DNA of 64,000 nucleotides from Squalus acanthias. Lineage: Eukaryota. Numbering within the stretch: the first letter of the stretch is position 1; each line of letters opens with the position of its first letter. The DNA lies in NCBI GenBank assembly GCA_030390025.1, contig CM059431.1, positions 151,282,001 through 151,346,000 on the forward strand. The letters are read 5' to 3'. The notes under the pieces were generated by a model. It was not told the DNA's origin. It saw only the letters and a program-made list of their open reading frames with translations, and did no database searches. A program made the translations under genes and the position numbers. Positions 24,973 to 36,489 of this stretch are shown one piece after another.

Positions 24973-26073
24973 GTTTTCTGCTTATAAAGTCCAGTTGAGG
25001 CCGAACCAGTGCTTTATAAAAGTTTAGCATAACTTCATGGCTTTGTACTCTATTCCTCTCTTAATAAAGCCAAGGATACCACAGGCTTTTTTAACAGCCT
25101 TCGAATATTCTCCTGCCACCGGCAACGATTTGTGAATATATACCCGATGTTGGCATTTATCACATGGGGGATGAAATATGATGAGGAGGATGTATGTGAC
25201 CATGTTAAAAAGATCTGGTTAGACCCCATTAAGTTTCTGGATTTAGTTCTGGGTAACGCACCTCAGGAAGGACAAATTGGACTTGGACAGGATGCAGCGC
25301 TCAAGTTACCAGAATTATACTGGCGCTAGAAGGGTTATATTATGAAGACACGCTGTATAGACTAGGCTTGTATTACTTTGAGTATAAAAAATGAAGGCAT
25401 GATCTAAATAACTACTTTAGATGATGAATTGAGTTGATATTTTAGTTAGAGAGAAACGATTTGCTCTGGTGGGGGAATGCAGTCCAAGTGTCTTAACGTG
25501 GAAATTAAAGCTAAGCCATTCAGGGCTGATGTTAATAAGCTCTCCTCATACACTGGGAAGTGGAAATCTGGCGCAAAAACCTGACGAGGCTGGGGCTCAA
25601 ATTAACATTTCAAAACTGAGGTTTGCAGATTTTTGTCTCGGTAGGGTTCTGAGGGTTAGGAAGCTAAGCCGGGTAAATGGAGTTAAGATGCAGATCAATC
25701 ATGATATGACTGAATGGCGGAACAGACTTGAGGGGCTGAATGGCCTACTCCAATTGCTATAATCCTAGAAAAAAGATTATGTGCTGAGATTAAGGAGCAT
25801 GGAGTCATATTTTGGAGAAGGGATTAGATTGAGGAGTAGCGATCAGATTGAAGACGAGTTCAGATTCAGAAGAATGTGTCATTTCAGTTCGGAGAGACTC
25901 GGGGCAGGTTGATGGCTGTTAGTGTGTTTGAGATAGAATGTGCTGAGAAGAGGTGTCGAGCTGAGGCAATGGGGTGACGGCGTATGTATTCAGAGGGTGG
26001 CTGTCGGAAGGAAGTGAAGGGAATGTAATTATCTGAGACAGGCAATCAATATCGCTGTTCCGGTAATGTTGAG

Positions 26074-26146
26074 ACCATGATTGGCCAGTCGGTAGAGCTT
26101 CAAACTTTTCATCTGAGGATCCAGGGTTTAAGTCCCTGTTCGGGCT
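26074..26146 (+). pseudogene. tRNA-Lys(UUU) pseudogene
   Basis: ..CAGTCGGTAGAGC..ACTTTTCATCTGAGGATCCAGGGTTTAAGTCCCTGTTCGGGC. B box has a C>T change. Confidence 0.9.
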
Positions 26147-26353
26147 TTGCTTTAGTCAATGGAAACACCATTTGATTTACACTTTAAAGCACCAACTTTG
26201 ATTATAACCTAACACTAAAGTCGGTTTATGTTGCAAAAAAAAAAGAAAAATGTTCATGTATTGTATTGTGTCTGCGGGAAAGATCAGCGTGAATTGCTCC
26301 GGTTTTATGGCGCTATAAGGAAGTAAAACTTGAAAATCTTAAAATAAAGGAAT

Positions 26354-26426
26354 AGCCGGAGCACGCACTTGAAACCTACACCCTGATATTTAATATCTGG
26401 TGCTGCACGAACTGAGATACCCAGGC
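26354..26426 (-). pseudogene. Diverged tRNA-Lys pseudogene, convergent orientation
   Basis: The reverse complement aligns without gaps to the 73-nt tRNA-Lys(UUU) sequence at 52/73 positions (manual count). Confidence 0.8.
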
Positions 26427-26825
26427 TCACGCTTTCAATTTCACACAGTGTCCTCCACTGGCTGACATGGAACATTACATCTTTCACATTCCGCATTTTC
26501 AACGACGTTAATCCCGCGTGTGTAACGCATTTCTCTCACACGCCCTCACTCATTACCTGCCACAGATATCACTTCTCAATACTGTCCCACCCACCCATTT
26601 CGCGCACTTTAACAGCGCAACAATCCAGTACACAGCCCACAGTAATGGCTCCAGTTTGCATTAAGAAACAGTTCAAACTGGTTCTGTAAAGTGTGCTGTC
26701 GGGAAGGGAGAAACATGTTAAGAAAAAGCACAATCTTTAAAAGGCTCAAATGCTAAAACCTGTACAAGGCCAAAAAACGAAGCTGAATTTATTGATGATT
26801 ATTCATAATCAAATAGAAAAGCATA

Positions 26826-27304
26826 CGCCAGACTGATGGCTGGGATGGCAGGAATGACGTATGAAGAGTGATTGGGTCGATTAGGTTTATATTCGCTGGA
26901 GTTTAGAAGAATGAGAGGGGATCTCATTGAAACGTATAACATTCTAACAGGACTAGACAAACTAGATGCAGGAAGGATGTTCCGATGGCGGAGGAATCCA
27001 GAACCAGGTGTCACAGTCTAAGGATATGGGGTAAGCCATTTAGGACTGAGATGAGGAGGAATGTCTTCACCCAGAGATTGGTGAACCTGTGGAATTCTCT
27101 ACCTCATAAGGCAGTTGAGGCCAATTCATTAAATATATTAAAGAAGGAGTTAGATATATTTCTTAAGGCTGAAGGGATCAAGGGATATAGGGAGAAAGCT
27201 GGGACAGGGGATTGAATTGGATAATCAGCCATGATCTCATTAAATGGCGGAACAGGCTCGAGGGGCCGACACGTCTACTCCTGCTCCTATCTTCTATGTT
27301 TCTA
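26826..27304 (+). mobile_element. CR1 family A 3' fragment
   Basis: Matches ~7742-8221 including the CTATGTTTCTAT tail. Absent from the sister units near 13615 and 35145. Confidence 0.9.
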
Positions 27305-27344
27305 TCTGGAAATTGGGAATTGAAGATGTGGGGCAGAGGCTAAT

Positions 27345-28003
27345 GGAATTATAGAATAATACAGTACAAAAGGAGGCCTTTCGGCCCATCCTGCTACTGG
27401 CGTCTCTTTAGTAGGGCAATCCAATTAATCCCACTTCCCTGCTGTTTTCCATAGCCCGGTAATTTATTTCCCTTCAAGTATTTATCCAACCCTCATTTCA
27501 ATGTTACTTATGAATCTGCTTTCCCCACACTTTCCGGCAGTGCATTCCAGATCACAATAACTCGCTGTGTAAAAAAATGTTTCCTCATGTCATCTCTGGT
27601 TCATTTGCCAATCATCATCAGTCTGTGTCCTCTGGTTACCGACCCCTCTGCCATTGGAAACTGTCTCTCCTTATTTACGCTATCAAAACCATTGGTGATT
27701 GTGAACACCTCTAGCGAATCTCCACTTGACCTTCTCTGCTCTAAGGGGACCAAATCCAGATGCTCCAGTCCAGTCGCATAATGAAAAGCCTCTTCCAGGG
27801 TAGCATTCTAGTGAACCTCTTCTGCACCCACTCCAAAGGCTTGATATCTTTCATTAAGTGTGATGCCCAGAACAATAATCCAGCTGAGGACTATCCAATG
27901 ATTGTTATAGTTTTAGAATAACTTCATTGCTTTTTTCTTTATTCCTCTATTAATAAAACCAAGGATCCCATATGATTTTAACTACTTTCTCAACTTGCCC
28001 TGC
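27345..28003 (-). mobile_element. Older CR1 3' fragment of the C-type spacer
   Basis: Homologous to 35185-35832 and to 13655-16500 without its insertion. Confidence 0.8.
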
Positions 28004-30732
28004 CCTAGTGTCATAGTGTCATAACGTCACAGAAGGAGGACAATCGGTCCATCGAGTACTTGCCGGCTCACTGCAGAAAAATCAAGTCAGTCCCATTCCC
28101 CCGCTCTATCCCCGTAGCCCTGCAAGTATATTTCCCTCAGGTGCCTATCAAATCTCCCCTTGCAAATATTGAGTATGCCCGCATCCACCAATTCCGTCGG
28201 CAGCAAATTCCAGGTCATCACCACTTGCTGCGTAAACAAAATCTCCTCACTTCCCACCTATATCACTTGCCCAAAACCTTAAATCTGTGACCACTCTTCG
28301 TTGTACCATCAACTACTTGGAACAGCTGCTCCCCGTCTAGCCTATCCAAACACGTCATAAACTTGTACAACTCTATCAAATCATCCCTCAACCTCCTTTG
28401 CTCTAATGAAAACACATCCAGCTTTTCCAAACTCTCATTATAGCTAAGATCCCCCATCCCCTTAAACAGTCTGGTAAATCTGCTCCATACCATCGCAAGA
28501 ACCTTCACATCCTTCCTAAAGTGTGGTGAGCAGAAGTGGGAGCAATACTCCAGTTGTGGCCTAGTCAGCTCTTTATAAATGTTCAGCTTATCTTCTCTAT
28601 TTTTGAAATCAATACCTTTATTTATGAAACCCAAGATCCCATATGCTTGGCTAACCAGTCTCTCAACATGTCCTGCCACCTTCAGGGCCAATGCACATTA
28701 ACTCCCAAGTTCCTCTCTCCCTGCACTAAATTTAAAACTGTGTCATTAAGTGTATATTGCCTCTCCCTGTTCCTTCTGCCAAAATGCATCACCTCACTCT
28801 TCTCTGTATTAAATTCCATCTGCCACTTGTCTGTCGATTCTGCTACCCGTTCTATGTCCTGTTGCAGTCGATTGGTATCATCCTCACTTTTTGCCACACC
28901 CGCAAATTTGTTGTCATCGGCAAATTTAGAAATTCTACTTTGTATTCCAATATCCAGGTCATTTATATATATCAAGAAAAGCACTGGCCCCAGCACTGAT
29001 CATTGCAGAATACCACTGTCTACCATCCTCCAGAATGAAAAACAGCCATTTACCAAAACTCGCTGTTTTCTGCCCTTAAGCCAATTCCTTATAAAAGCTG
29101 CCACTGACCCACCTATTCCATCAGCCTCAATTTTGTTAACCAGCTAGCTATGTGATATTTTGTCAAACGCCTTCAGAAATTCCATGCAGACAACATCCAT
29201 TGCATTCCCTTCATCCAACCTCTCCGTTACTTCATCAAAAATTTAATTTGATTAGTCAAACACGATCTGCCTTATACAAATCCGTGTTAGCTCTCCTTAA
29301 TTAGCTTAAACCTTTCCAAGTGCCCGTGAATGTTTTCCTTTATTATTGTTTCTAAAATATTACCCACCACTGATGTTAAACTGACCGGTCTGCAGTTACT
29401 AGGATTGTCCTTAGACCCTTTCTTGAACTATGGTGTCAATTTGCAATTTTCCCATCCTTAGTCACCTCCCCCGCATCTAGAGAAGATTGAAAATTATGGC
29501 AAGCCCTTCCGCTATCTCCTCCCACATTTCCCTGCACAATCTGGGATGCAAGCCACCTGGACCAAGCGACTTAGCCACTCTAAGCATAACCAGCCTTTCC
29601 AGTACATCCTGTCTATCAATTTTCACCCCTCCATTGCTTCTACCTTTTCCACTGCTACCGATATTTTGTCAGCATCCACCTCCATAGTATAAACCGATAC
29701 CTAGTACCCATTGTGTATTCCAGCCTTGCCCTGCGTCTCTAAGCATATGACTCCTTCCTTGTCACTAATAGGCCCCACCCCGCCTTCTATTATCCGCTTA
29801 ACTTTTACATTCCTTTAGAAGATTTTCGGTTCCCTTTTATGTTAATCACAATTCTACACTCATATTCCCTCTTTGCCAATGTTATTTTCATCTTCACTTC
29901 CCCTCTCAACTTATTGTATTTGGTCTGATTCTCCCTTGTAGAATTCACCTGAGATGCGTCATACACCCTCTTTTTTTTCATCATCTTCTCTATCTACCTC
30001 GTCATCCAAGGAGCCCTTGCTTTCGTTCGCTTAGCCATCCCTCTTGTTGGAATGTACTAGTCTGTACGTGGAAAATCTCCTCCTTAATTATCACCCATTG
30101 TTCCGTTACAGTTATTCTTGTCAGTCTTTGGTTACATTTTGCACTGGCTAGATCCTTTCACATCCCATTCAAGTTAGCCCTATTCCAGTTTAGAAGTTCC
30201 ACTCTAGATTGTTCCTTGCTCCTCTCCATTGCTAATCTATATCTTATGATACGATGATCACTCGTACCCAAGTGTTTTCCCACAGACACTTGATCGACCT
30301 GTCCCAACTCATTGCCCAGCACCAGATCCAGTAATGCTTCATTCATTGTTGGGCTAAGAACATACTGGTCAAAGAAATTCTCCTGTACACATTTCAGAAA
30401 TCCCTCCCCCTCCTTTCTCTTTACCCGAGCAATATCCCAATCGATATTTGGGTATTTAAAGCCCCCCAATATCACCAATCTATAATTCTTGAATATCTCT
30501 GCGATTTCCCTGCAGATTTGCTCCTCTACCTCCCTCTCACTAGTTGGAGGCCTAGATAATACCCCCAGTAGTGTGATCATACCCTTTTTGCTCTACAACT
30601 CTAACCAAATGGATTATGCCCTTGTCCCCTCAAGAACATCCTGCCTTTCCAAGACTACAATGTCTTCCTTAATCAGAATCATTGTGAGAAGTCGCATAAC
30701 ACCAGGTTATAGTCCAACAGCTTTATTTGATA

Positions 30733-30765
30733 TCACAAGCTTTCGGAACGCTGCTCCTTCGTCAG
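30733..30765 (-). ncRNA. Hammerhead core (inverted copy, stem I 5' strand lost)
   Basis: Reverse complement reads CTGACGA-A-GGAGC-AGC-GTTCC-GAAA-GCTT-GTGA. Confidence 0.65.
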
Positions 30766-30950
30766 CATCTGCCACGTCTGAAACCTTGTGACCTCACTTC
30801 ATTGTCTTTGATGTCATGTTTTCCTGACTGACATGTTTGGACACCATCCACGCCTGTGATTGAGAGGTAAAGGGCATTAGAAAGATTAACTGTAATCACC
30901 TGGCAGTGTTCTCTGACTATATATGCTGTGCCTATATGCATCTCTTCACT

Positions 30951-30987
30951 TCACCTGACGAAGGAGCAGCGCTCCGAAAGCTTGTGA
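30951..30987 (+). ncRNA. Minimal type I hammerhead ribozyme, best-preserved copy
   Basis: TCAC-CTGACGA-A-GGAGC-AGC-GCTCC-GAAA-GCTT-GTGA. Stem I is TCAC/GTGA, stem II is 5 bp, and palindromic AAGCTT replaces stem III. Confidence 0.82.
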
Positions 30988-31743
30988 TTTCAAATATAGC
31001 TGTTGGACTATAACCAGGTGTTGTGCGACTTCTCACAATTGTTCACCCCAGTCCAACACCGGCATCTCCACATGATGGCCTTAATCAGTACCGGCACCCC
31101 ACCTCCCTTTTTTCCTTCACTATATTTTCTGAACACCTTGTACCCTTGAATATTAAGAGCCCATTCCTCAGCGGTTTTGAGCCGCATTTCCTTTATTGTC
31201 ACAACATAATATTGCACAACCTCATATTCCCAACTTCAAGGATTAGTGTACATAAACCCCCTGCGGTGAGATTTAGGAGAAGGTAGTCAGATTTCAAAAG
31301 TGAGTGGGATAAGTATCTGAAAGAAAACAAATGGCAGAGCTACGGGAACAGGACAGTGTAGTGGGACGAGCTAAGGTGCTCTTGCAGAGAGCAGGCAAGG
31401 GCGCGACGGGCTGAATGGCCTCCTTCTGTGCTGCAAACATTCTCTGATTCTATGAATTGACAGAAGTGATCACATTGACGAGTAGGGATCCGATTAAGGA
31501 GTAGGGATCAGATTGAAGAGAAGAGTTCACATTCAGGAGAAAGGGTCATTTCAGTTCGGAGGAGACTCGGGGCAGGTTGATGGCTGTTAGTGTGTTTGAG
31601 ATAGAATGTGCTGAGAAGAGGTGTCGAGCTGAAGCAATGTGGTGACGAGGCGTGTACTCAGAGGGCAGCTGTGGGCAGAAAGTGAAGGGAATGTAATTCC
31701 CGAACACAGCGACTAAGTGTCTCTGCTTCGTTGGTATTTTGGA

Positions 31744-31817
31744 TCCCAGAGAGCTCAGTGGGCAGAGCATCAGACTTTTAAGCTGAGCAATCCATCGTTA
31801 AAGTCCCTGTTTGGGTG
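31744..31817 (+). pseudogene. tRNA-Lys(UUU) pseudogene
   Basis: GAGCTCAGTGGGCAGAGCATCAGACTTTTAAGCTGAG..AAGTCCCTGTTTGGG. T arm is disrupted. Confidence 0.88.
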
Positions 31818-31934
31818 CTTTCTTAATGAATGAAAACAGCAATTTATAGCGCCGGTTTTTGGTTATTACCTATCGCAACAGTAGATTTAAATTGAAAATA
31901 GCAGTGTATTTTACTGAGACAGCCGGACAGGGAG

Positions 31935-34088
31935 CAAACTGGAGTAAAAATACTTAATTGGAGGAAAGGCCAATTTCAGTGGATTGAGAACGGATCTGGC
32001 CCGGGTAAATTGGTATCTAAGATTGTCAGACAAAACTGTCGTGGAACAACGGGCTGCCTTTAAAGAGGAAATAGTTCGGGTACAGTCGAGGTACATTCCC
32101 ACGAGGAGGAAAAGGTAGGGCAACCAAAGTCAGAGCTCCCTGGATGACGAAGCAGATAGCCAATATGATGAAGCAGGTAAAGAGTGCATATGGCAGATGT
32201 CCGGTTGCCAATACATCTGAGAATCAGGCTGTATATAGAAAGGGCAGAGGAGTAGTGTAAAATAAAATAAGAGTGGCAAAGGGAGGGTATGAGTACAGAA
32301 TGGCAGCCTACATAAAAGTTAACCCTAAATTCTTCTGTAGGCATATAAATAGTACAAGGATAGCAAGAGGAGCGTTGGGGCTGATTAGGGAACAAAAGGC
32401 AGACATATCCATATAGGCAGAGGGTATGTTTGACGTACTAAATGAATACTTTCCATCTGTCTTCACCAAGAAAGAGGATGCTGCCACAGACATAGTGAAG
32501 GAGGAGTTAGTGGAGATAATTGATAGTGTTAGAGTTGATAAAGAAGAGGTATTAGAAAGGCTGGCTGTACTTAAAGTAGATAAACATCAGGAGCGGATGG
32601 GCTGCATCCTAGGATGCTAAGGCAATTGAGGATGGAGATCGTGGAGATACTGGCTGCTAAAATTCCAATCCTCCATGGATACAGGGTGGTGCCAGACGAC
32701 CGGAGAATCGCAAATGTTACACCATTGTTCGAAAAAGGTAGCAAAATAATCCCACCAACTACAGGCCAATCAGTTTAACCTCGGTAGTGGGGAAGCTTTC
32801 AGAAACATTAATCGCGTCCAAAATTATTAGTCACTTGGATAGGTATGGATTAATTAAGGAAAGACTGCACGGATTTGTTGCAGGCAAATCAAGTTCAACC
32901 AAATTGATTGAGTTTTTTGATGAGGTAACAGATAGGGTTGATGAGGGTATTGCAGTTGATGTGGTCTACATCGATTTGCAAAAGATGTTCGACAAAGTGA
33001 CACATGATAGGTTTGTCAGCAAAGTTAAAGCCCATGTAATAAAAGGGACACTGGCAACTTGGATACAAAATTGGCTAAGCGACAGGAAGCAGAGAGTAGT
33101 GGTGAACGGTTGCTATTCAGACTGGAGGATTGTATAGAGTGGTGGTCTGCAGGGGTCGTTTTTGTATCATTGCTTTTCTTGATATATATTAATGACTTGG
33201 ACGTGGATGTAAAGGGCACCATTTCAAAATTTGCAGATGAAACAAAACGTTTAAGTATGGTGAACAGTGAGGAGGAGAGTGATAGACTCCAGGAAGACAT
33301 AAACAAGCTGGTGAAATGGGCGGACACATGGCAGATGCAATTTAATGCAGAAAAGTGTGAATTAATACAATATGAGGAGGAGACTTGTCAACGAAAGTGT
33401 ACAATCCTAAGGGGGGTGCACGAACAGAAAGATCTGGAGGTATATGTGTACAATATCGTTGGAAGTGGCAGGGCAGGTTGAGAAAGCAGTTAAAAAATGC
33501 TTCCGGGATCCTGGGCTTCATAAATAGAGGTATAGAGAGCAAAAGTGTGGAAATTATGATTCAACTTTATAAAACACTGGTTCGGCTCCAACTGGAGTAG
33601 TGTGTCCAATTCTGGGAACCACACTTAGGAAGAATGTGAAGGCCTTAGAGGTGTGCAAAAAAGATTTACGAGAATGATTCCAGGAACGAGGGACGTCAGT
33701 TAAGTTGATAGAATGGAGACGCTGGGGTTGTTCATCTTGGAAAAGAGAAGATTGAGAGGAGATTTGATAGAGGTACTCAAAATCATCAGGGTCTGGACAG
33801 AGTAGATAAACAGAAACTGTTCCCATTGGTGTAAGGGTCGCGAACCAAAGGACACAGAACCAAAGGCTACGTAAGAAAAAAGGTTTCACGCAGCGAGTGA
33901 TTAAGATCTGGAATGCACTATCTTTCAAAAAGGAGCTGCATAAGTACCTGAAGGGAAACAAATTGCAGGGCTACGAGGAAAGGGCAGAGGGCGGGGTAGT
34001 GGGATTGGTGAGAAACGGCACGGGTTCGACGGGCCGAATGGCCTTCTTCCGTGCTGTAACCAGTCTATGATTCCATTCTATGAATCTA
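31935..34088 (+). mobile_element. 5'-truncated CR1 family B
   Basis: RT fragments at 32787-33481. 3' end GGGCCGAATGGCCTTCTTCCGTGCTGTAACCAGTCTATGA. Confidence 0.88.
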
Positions 34089-34430
34089 ACTTGTCCTGCC
34101 GCCTTCAAAGATATCTGTACATAACCTCCACAGCGGTGAGTTTCAGGACAAGCGTGTCAGATTGGGGACAAGGTTTGAGATTGAGGAGTAGGGATCAGAT
34201 TGATGAGAATAAATCAGATTTTGGAGAACGGGTCATTTCAGTTCGGAGCAGACTTGGGGCAGGTTGATGGCTGTTAGTATGTTTGAGATAGAATGTGCTG
34301 GGAAGGGGTGTCGAGTTGAAGCAATTAGGTGACGGTGCGTTTGTTCAGAGGGCGGCTGTGGGCAGGAAGTGAAGGAATTATAATTCCCTACCACCGCCAC
34401 TCAGTGTCGCTGTTTCGTTCGGATTTCAGA

Positions 34431-34503
34431 GCCAGGATAGATCAGTCAGTGGAGCTTCAGACTTTTAATCTGAGGTTCGCGGGTTCAAGTCCCTCTTCTA
34501 GGA
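34431..34503 (+). pseudogene. tRNA-Lys(UUU) pseudogene with intact anticodon arm and B box
   Basis: TCAGACTTTTAATCTGA and GGTTCAAGTCC are retained. Acceptor stem is broken. TTTT follows at 34507. Confidence 0.9.
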
Positions 34504-34676
34504 CAGTTTTAATCAATTGACTCATCATTTGATTTACACTTTAAACCACCGGCTTTGTTTATAATCAATCACTAAAGTCTGTGTATCTTATTGAGGCTGC
34601 AGGAAATATCAACGTGGATGCTCGTTTTTTACGGTGCTATAACTAAGTAAGATTTGAAAATTTAATCGAAAGGAAT

Positions 34677-34748
34677 AGCCGCAGACCGGATTGAACCCTG
34701 GGCTCTTATGTTTAAAATCTGGTGCTCCACCGACTGATATAGCCACGT
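34677..34748 (-). pseudogene. Diverged tRNA-Lys pseudogene, convergent orientation
   Basis: Reverse complement reads ..TATATCAGTCGGTGGAGCACCAGATTTTAAA..CCAGGGTTCAATCC.. Confidence 0.75.
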
Positions 34749-35184
34749 TCACGCCTTCAAATTTACACAGCGACCTCCACTGGCTGCCATGGAACATTAC
34801 AGCTTTCACATTCTGCATTTCCCACTAAAGTAATCCCGCTTGTACAACGCATTTCTCACTCACACACACATTTCTGCTGCAACAAGGCTCCCTTCACAAA
34901 TATTGTCGCACCCACCCACTTCTCGCTCTTTAACAGCGCTACAATCCAGCACACAGCGCACAGTAATGGCTCCAGTTTGCATGAAGAAGCAAATCAATCT
35001 GCTTCGGTAAAGTGTGCTGCCGGGAAGAGAGCGGAATGTTAACAAAAAGCAGAATATTTAACAGGCGCAAATGCTAAAAGGTGTACAAGGCCAAAGAACG
35101 AAGCTGAATTTATTGCTGATTATTCACACACTAAGAGCATAACCTATAGAAATTGGGAAGTCAAGATGTGGGCGAGAGGCTAAT

Positions 35185-35832
35185 GGAATCATAGAATGAC
35201 ACAGTACAAAAGGAGGCCACTCGGCCCATCGTGCTTCTGGCGAAGCTTTGGTAGAGAAATGCAATAATCCAATCGCTGCTCTTTTCGATTGCCCTGTAAT
35301 TTCTTTAAATTTTACTACTGAATCTGCTCTCACCGTCCTTTGTGGCCATGCATTCCACACCATAACAACTCATTGCTTCATTTTTTTCCTCATGTCGCCT
35401 CTGGTTCATTTGCCAATCACCATAAATCTGTGTCCTCTGATTACCGACCCTTCTGCCACTGGAACCAGTTTCTTCTTATTTATTCAATCAAAACGATTGG
35501 TGATTTTGAACACCTCAATAAATCTCCTCTTAACTTGCTCTGCTCTAAGGAGAACAACCCCAGCTTTTCCAGTTTTATTGCATAATTGAAGTCGCTCTTC
35601 CTGGGTAGCATTCTAGTAAATCTCTTCTGCTCCCTCTACTCAGCCTTGATATCCACCCTAAAGTGTGATGCCCAGAACAATAATTCAGCTGAGGCCTTTC
35701 CAATGATTCGTAAATGTTCAGCATTCTTCCTTGCTTTGTACTGTTTTCCTCTATTGATAAAGTCAAGGATCCCATATGTTTTTTAAATATTTTCTCAATT
35801 TTTCTTGCAACCTTCAAAGATTAGTGTACATA
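35185..35832 (-). mobile_element. Older CR1 3' fragment of the C-type spacer (uninterrupted)
   Basis: ATCATAGAAT tail and RPQLNYC remnant. Confidence 0.8.
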
Positions 35833-36301
35833 CACCCCCGGCGTTGAGATTAAGTAGAAGAGAGAATGATTTCAAAAGGGAGTTGGAGAAGTAACTGAAG
35901 GAAAACAATTGCGGTGCCCCTGGGACAGGGCAGTGGAATGGGACGAGCTGAAGTGCCTTTGGAGAGAGCCGGCAAGGGCTGAACGGGCCGAATGCTCTCC
36001 ATCTTTGCTGTAACCATTCTATGATTCAATGATTTGTCAGAAGTGATCAGATTGAGGAGTTGGGATCAGATTGAAGAGAAGCTGTCTGATTCAGGACAAC
36101 GTGTCATTTCAGTTCAGAGCAGACTCAGGGCAGGTTAATGGCTGTTAGTGTGTTTGAGATAGTATGTGCTGAGAAGAGGTTTCGAGCTGAAGCAATGGGG
36201 TGACGGTGTCTGTACTCAGAGGGCAGCTGTGGGCAGGAAGTGAAAGGAATGTAATTCCCTAGCTCAACCACACAGTGTCGATGCTTCATTTGCCCTTCAA
36301 A

Positions 36302-36373
36302 GCCCGGATAGCTCAGTCGGTAAAACATCAGACTTTGAATCTGAAGTCCAGCGTTCACGCCACTGTTTGGGGG
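36302..36373 (+). pseudogene. tRNA-Lys-derived pseudogene (anticodon mutated to TTG)
   Basis: First 21 nt are identical to tRNA-Lys(UUU). T arm is mutated (AGCGTTCACGCC). Confidence 0.92.
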
Positions 36374-36489
36374 CTTCTTTAGTTAAAGTAAACAGCAACT
36401 TAAAGAGCCACAATAGTTTATAACCGTCAACAAAAAGCGTTTTAAATTTAAAAATATTCATTTAGTTTTTTGAGACAGCAGGCCACGGA

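Larger units (their letters stand above)
30677..31078 (+). mobile_element. 402-bp non-coding Penelope pLTR insertion with inverted 5' arm
   Basis: 30681-30765 is the reverse complement of 30955-31039. TSD CCTTAATCAG at 30667-30676 and 31079-31088. Confidence 0.88.
28005..31215 (-). mobile_element. CR1 family D, APE-RT ORF2 remnant
   Basis: Minus-strand fragments include APE (LDLVLGNE, TSDHRII) and RT (LGPVLFLIYINDLD, KFADD). Confidence 0.9.

Noticed and set aside
26305..26502. Short ORF apparently conserved with 34609-34818
   Set aside because: The similarity is explained by duplication. The DNA is the minus-strand tRNA relic plus its flank, and the translations diverge freely.
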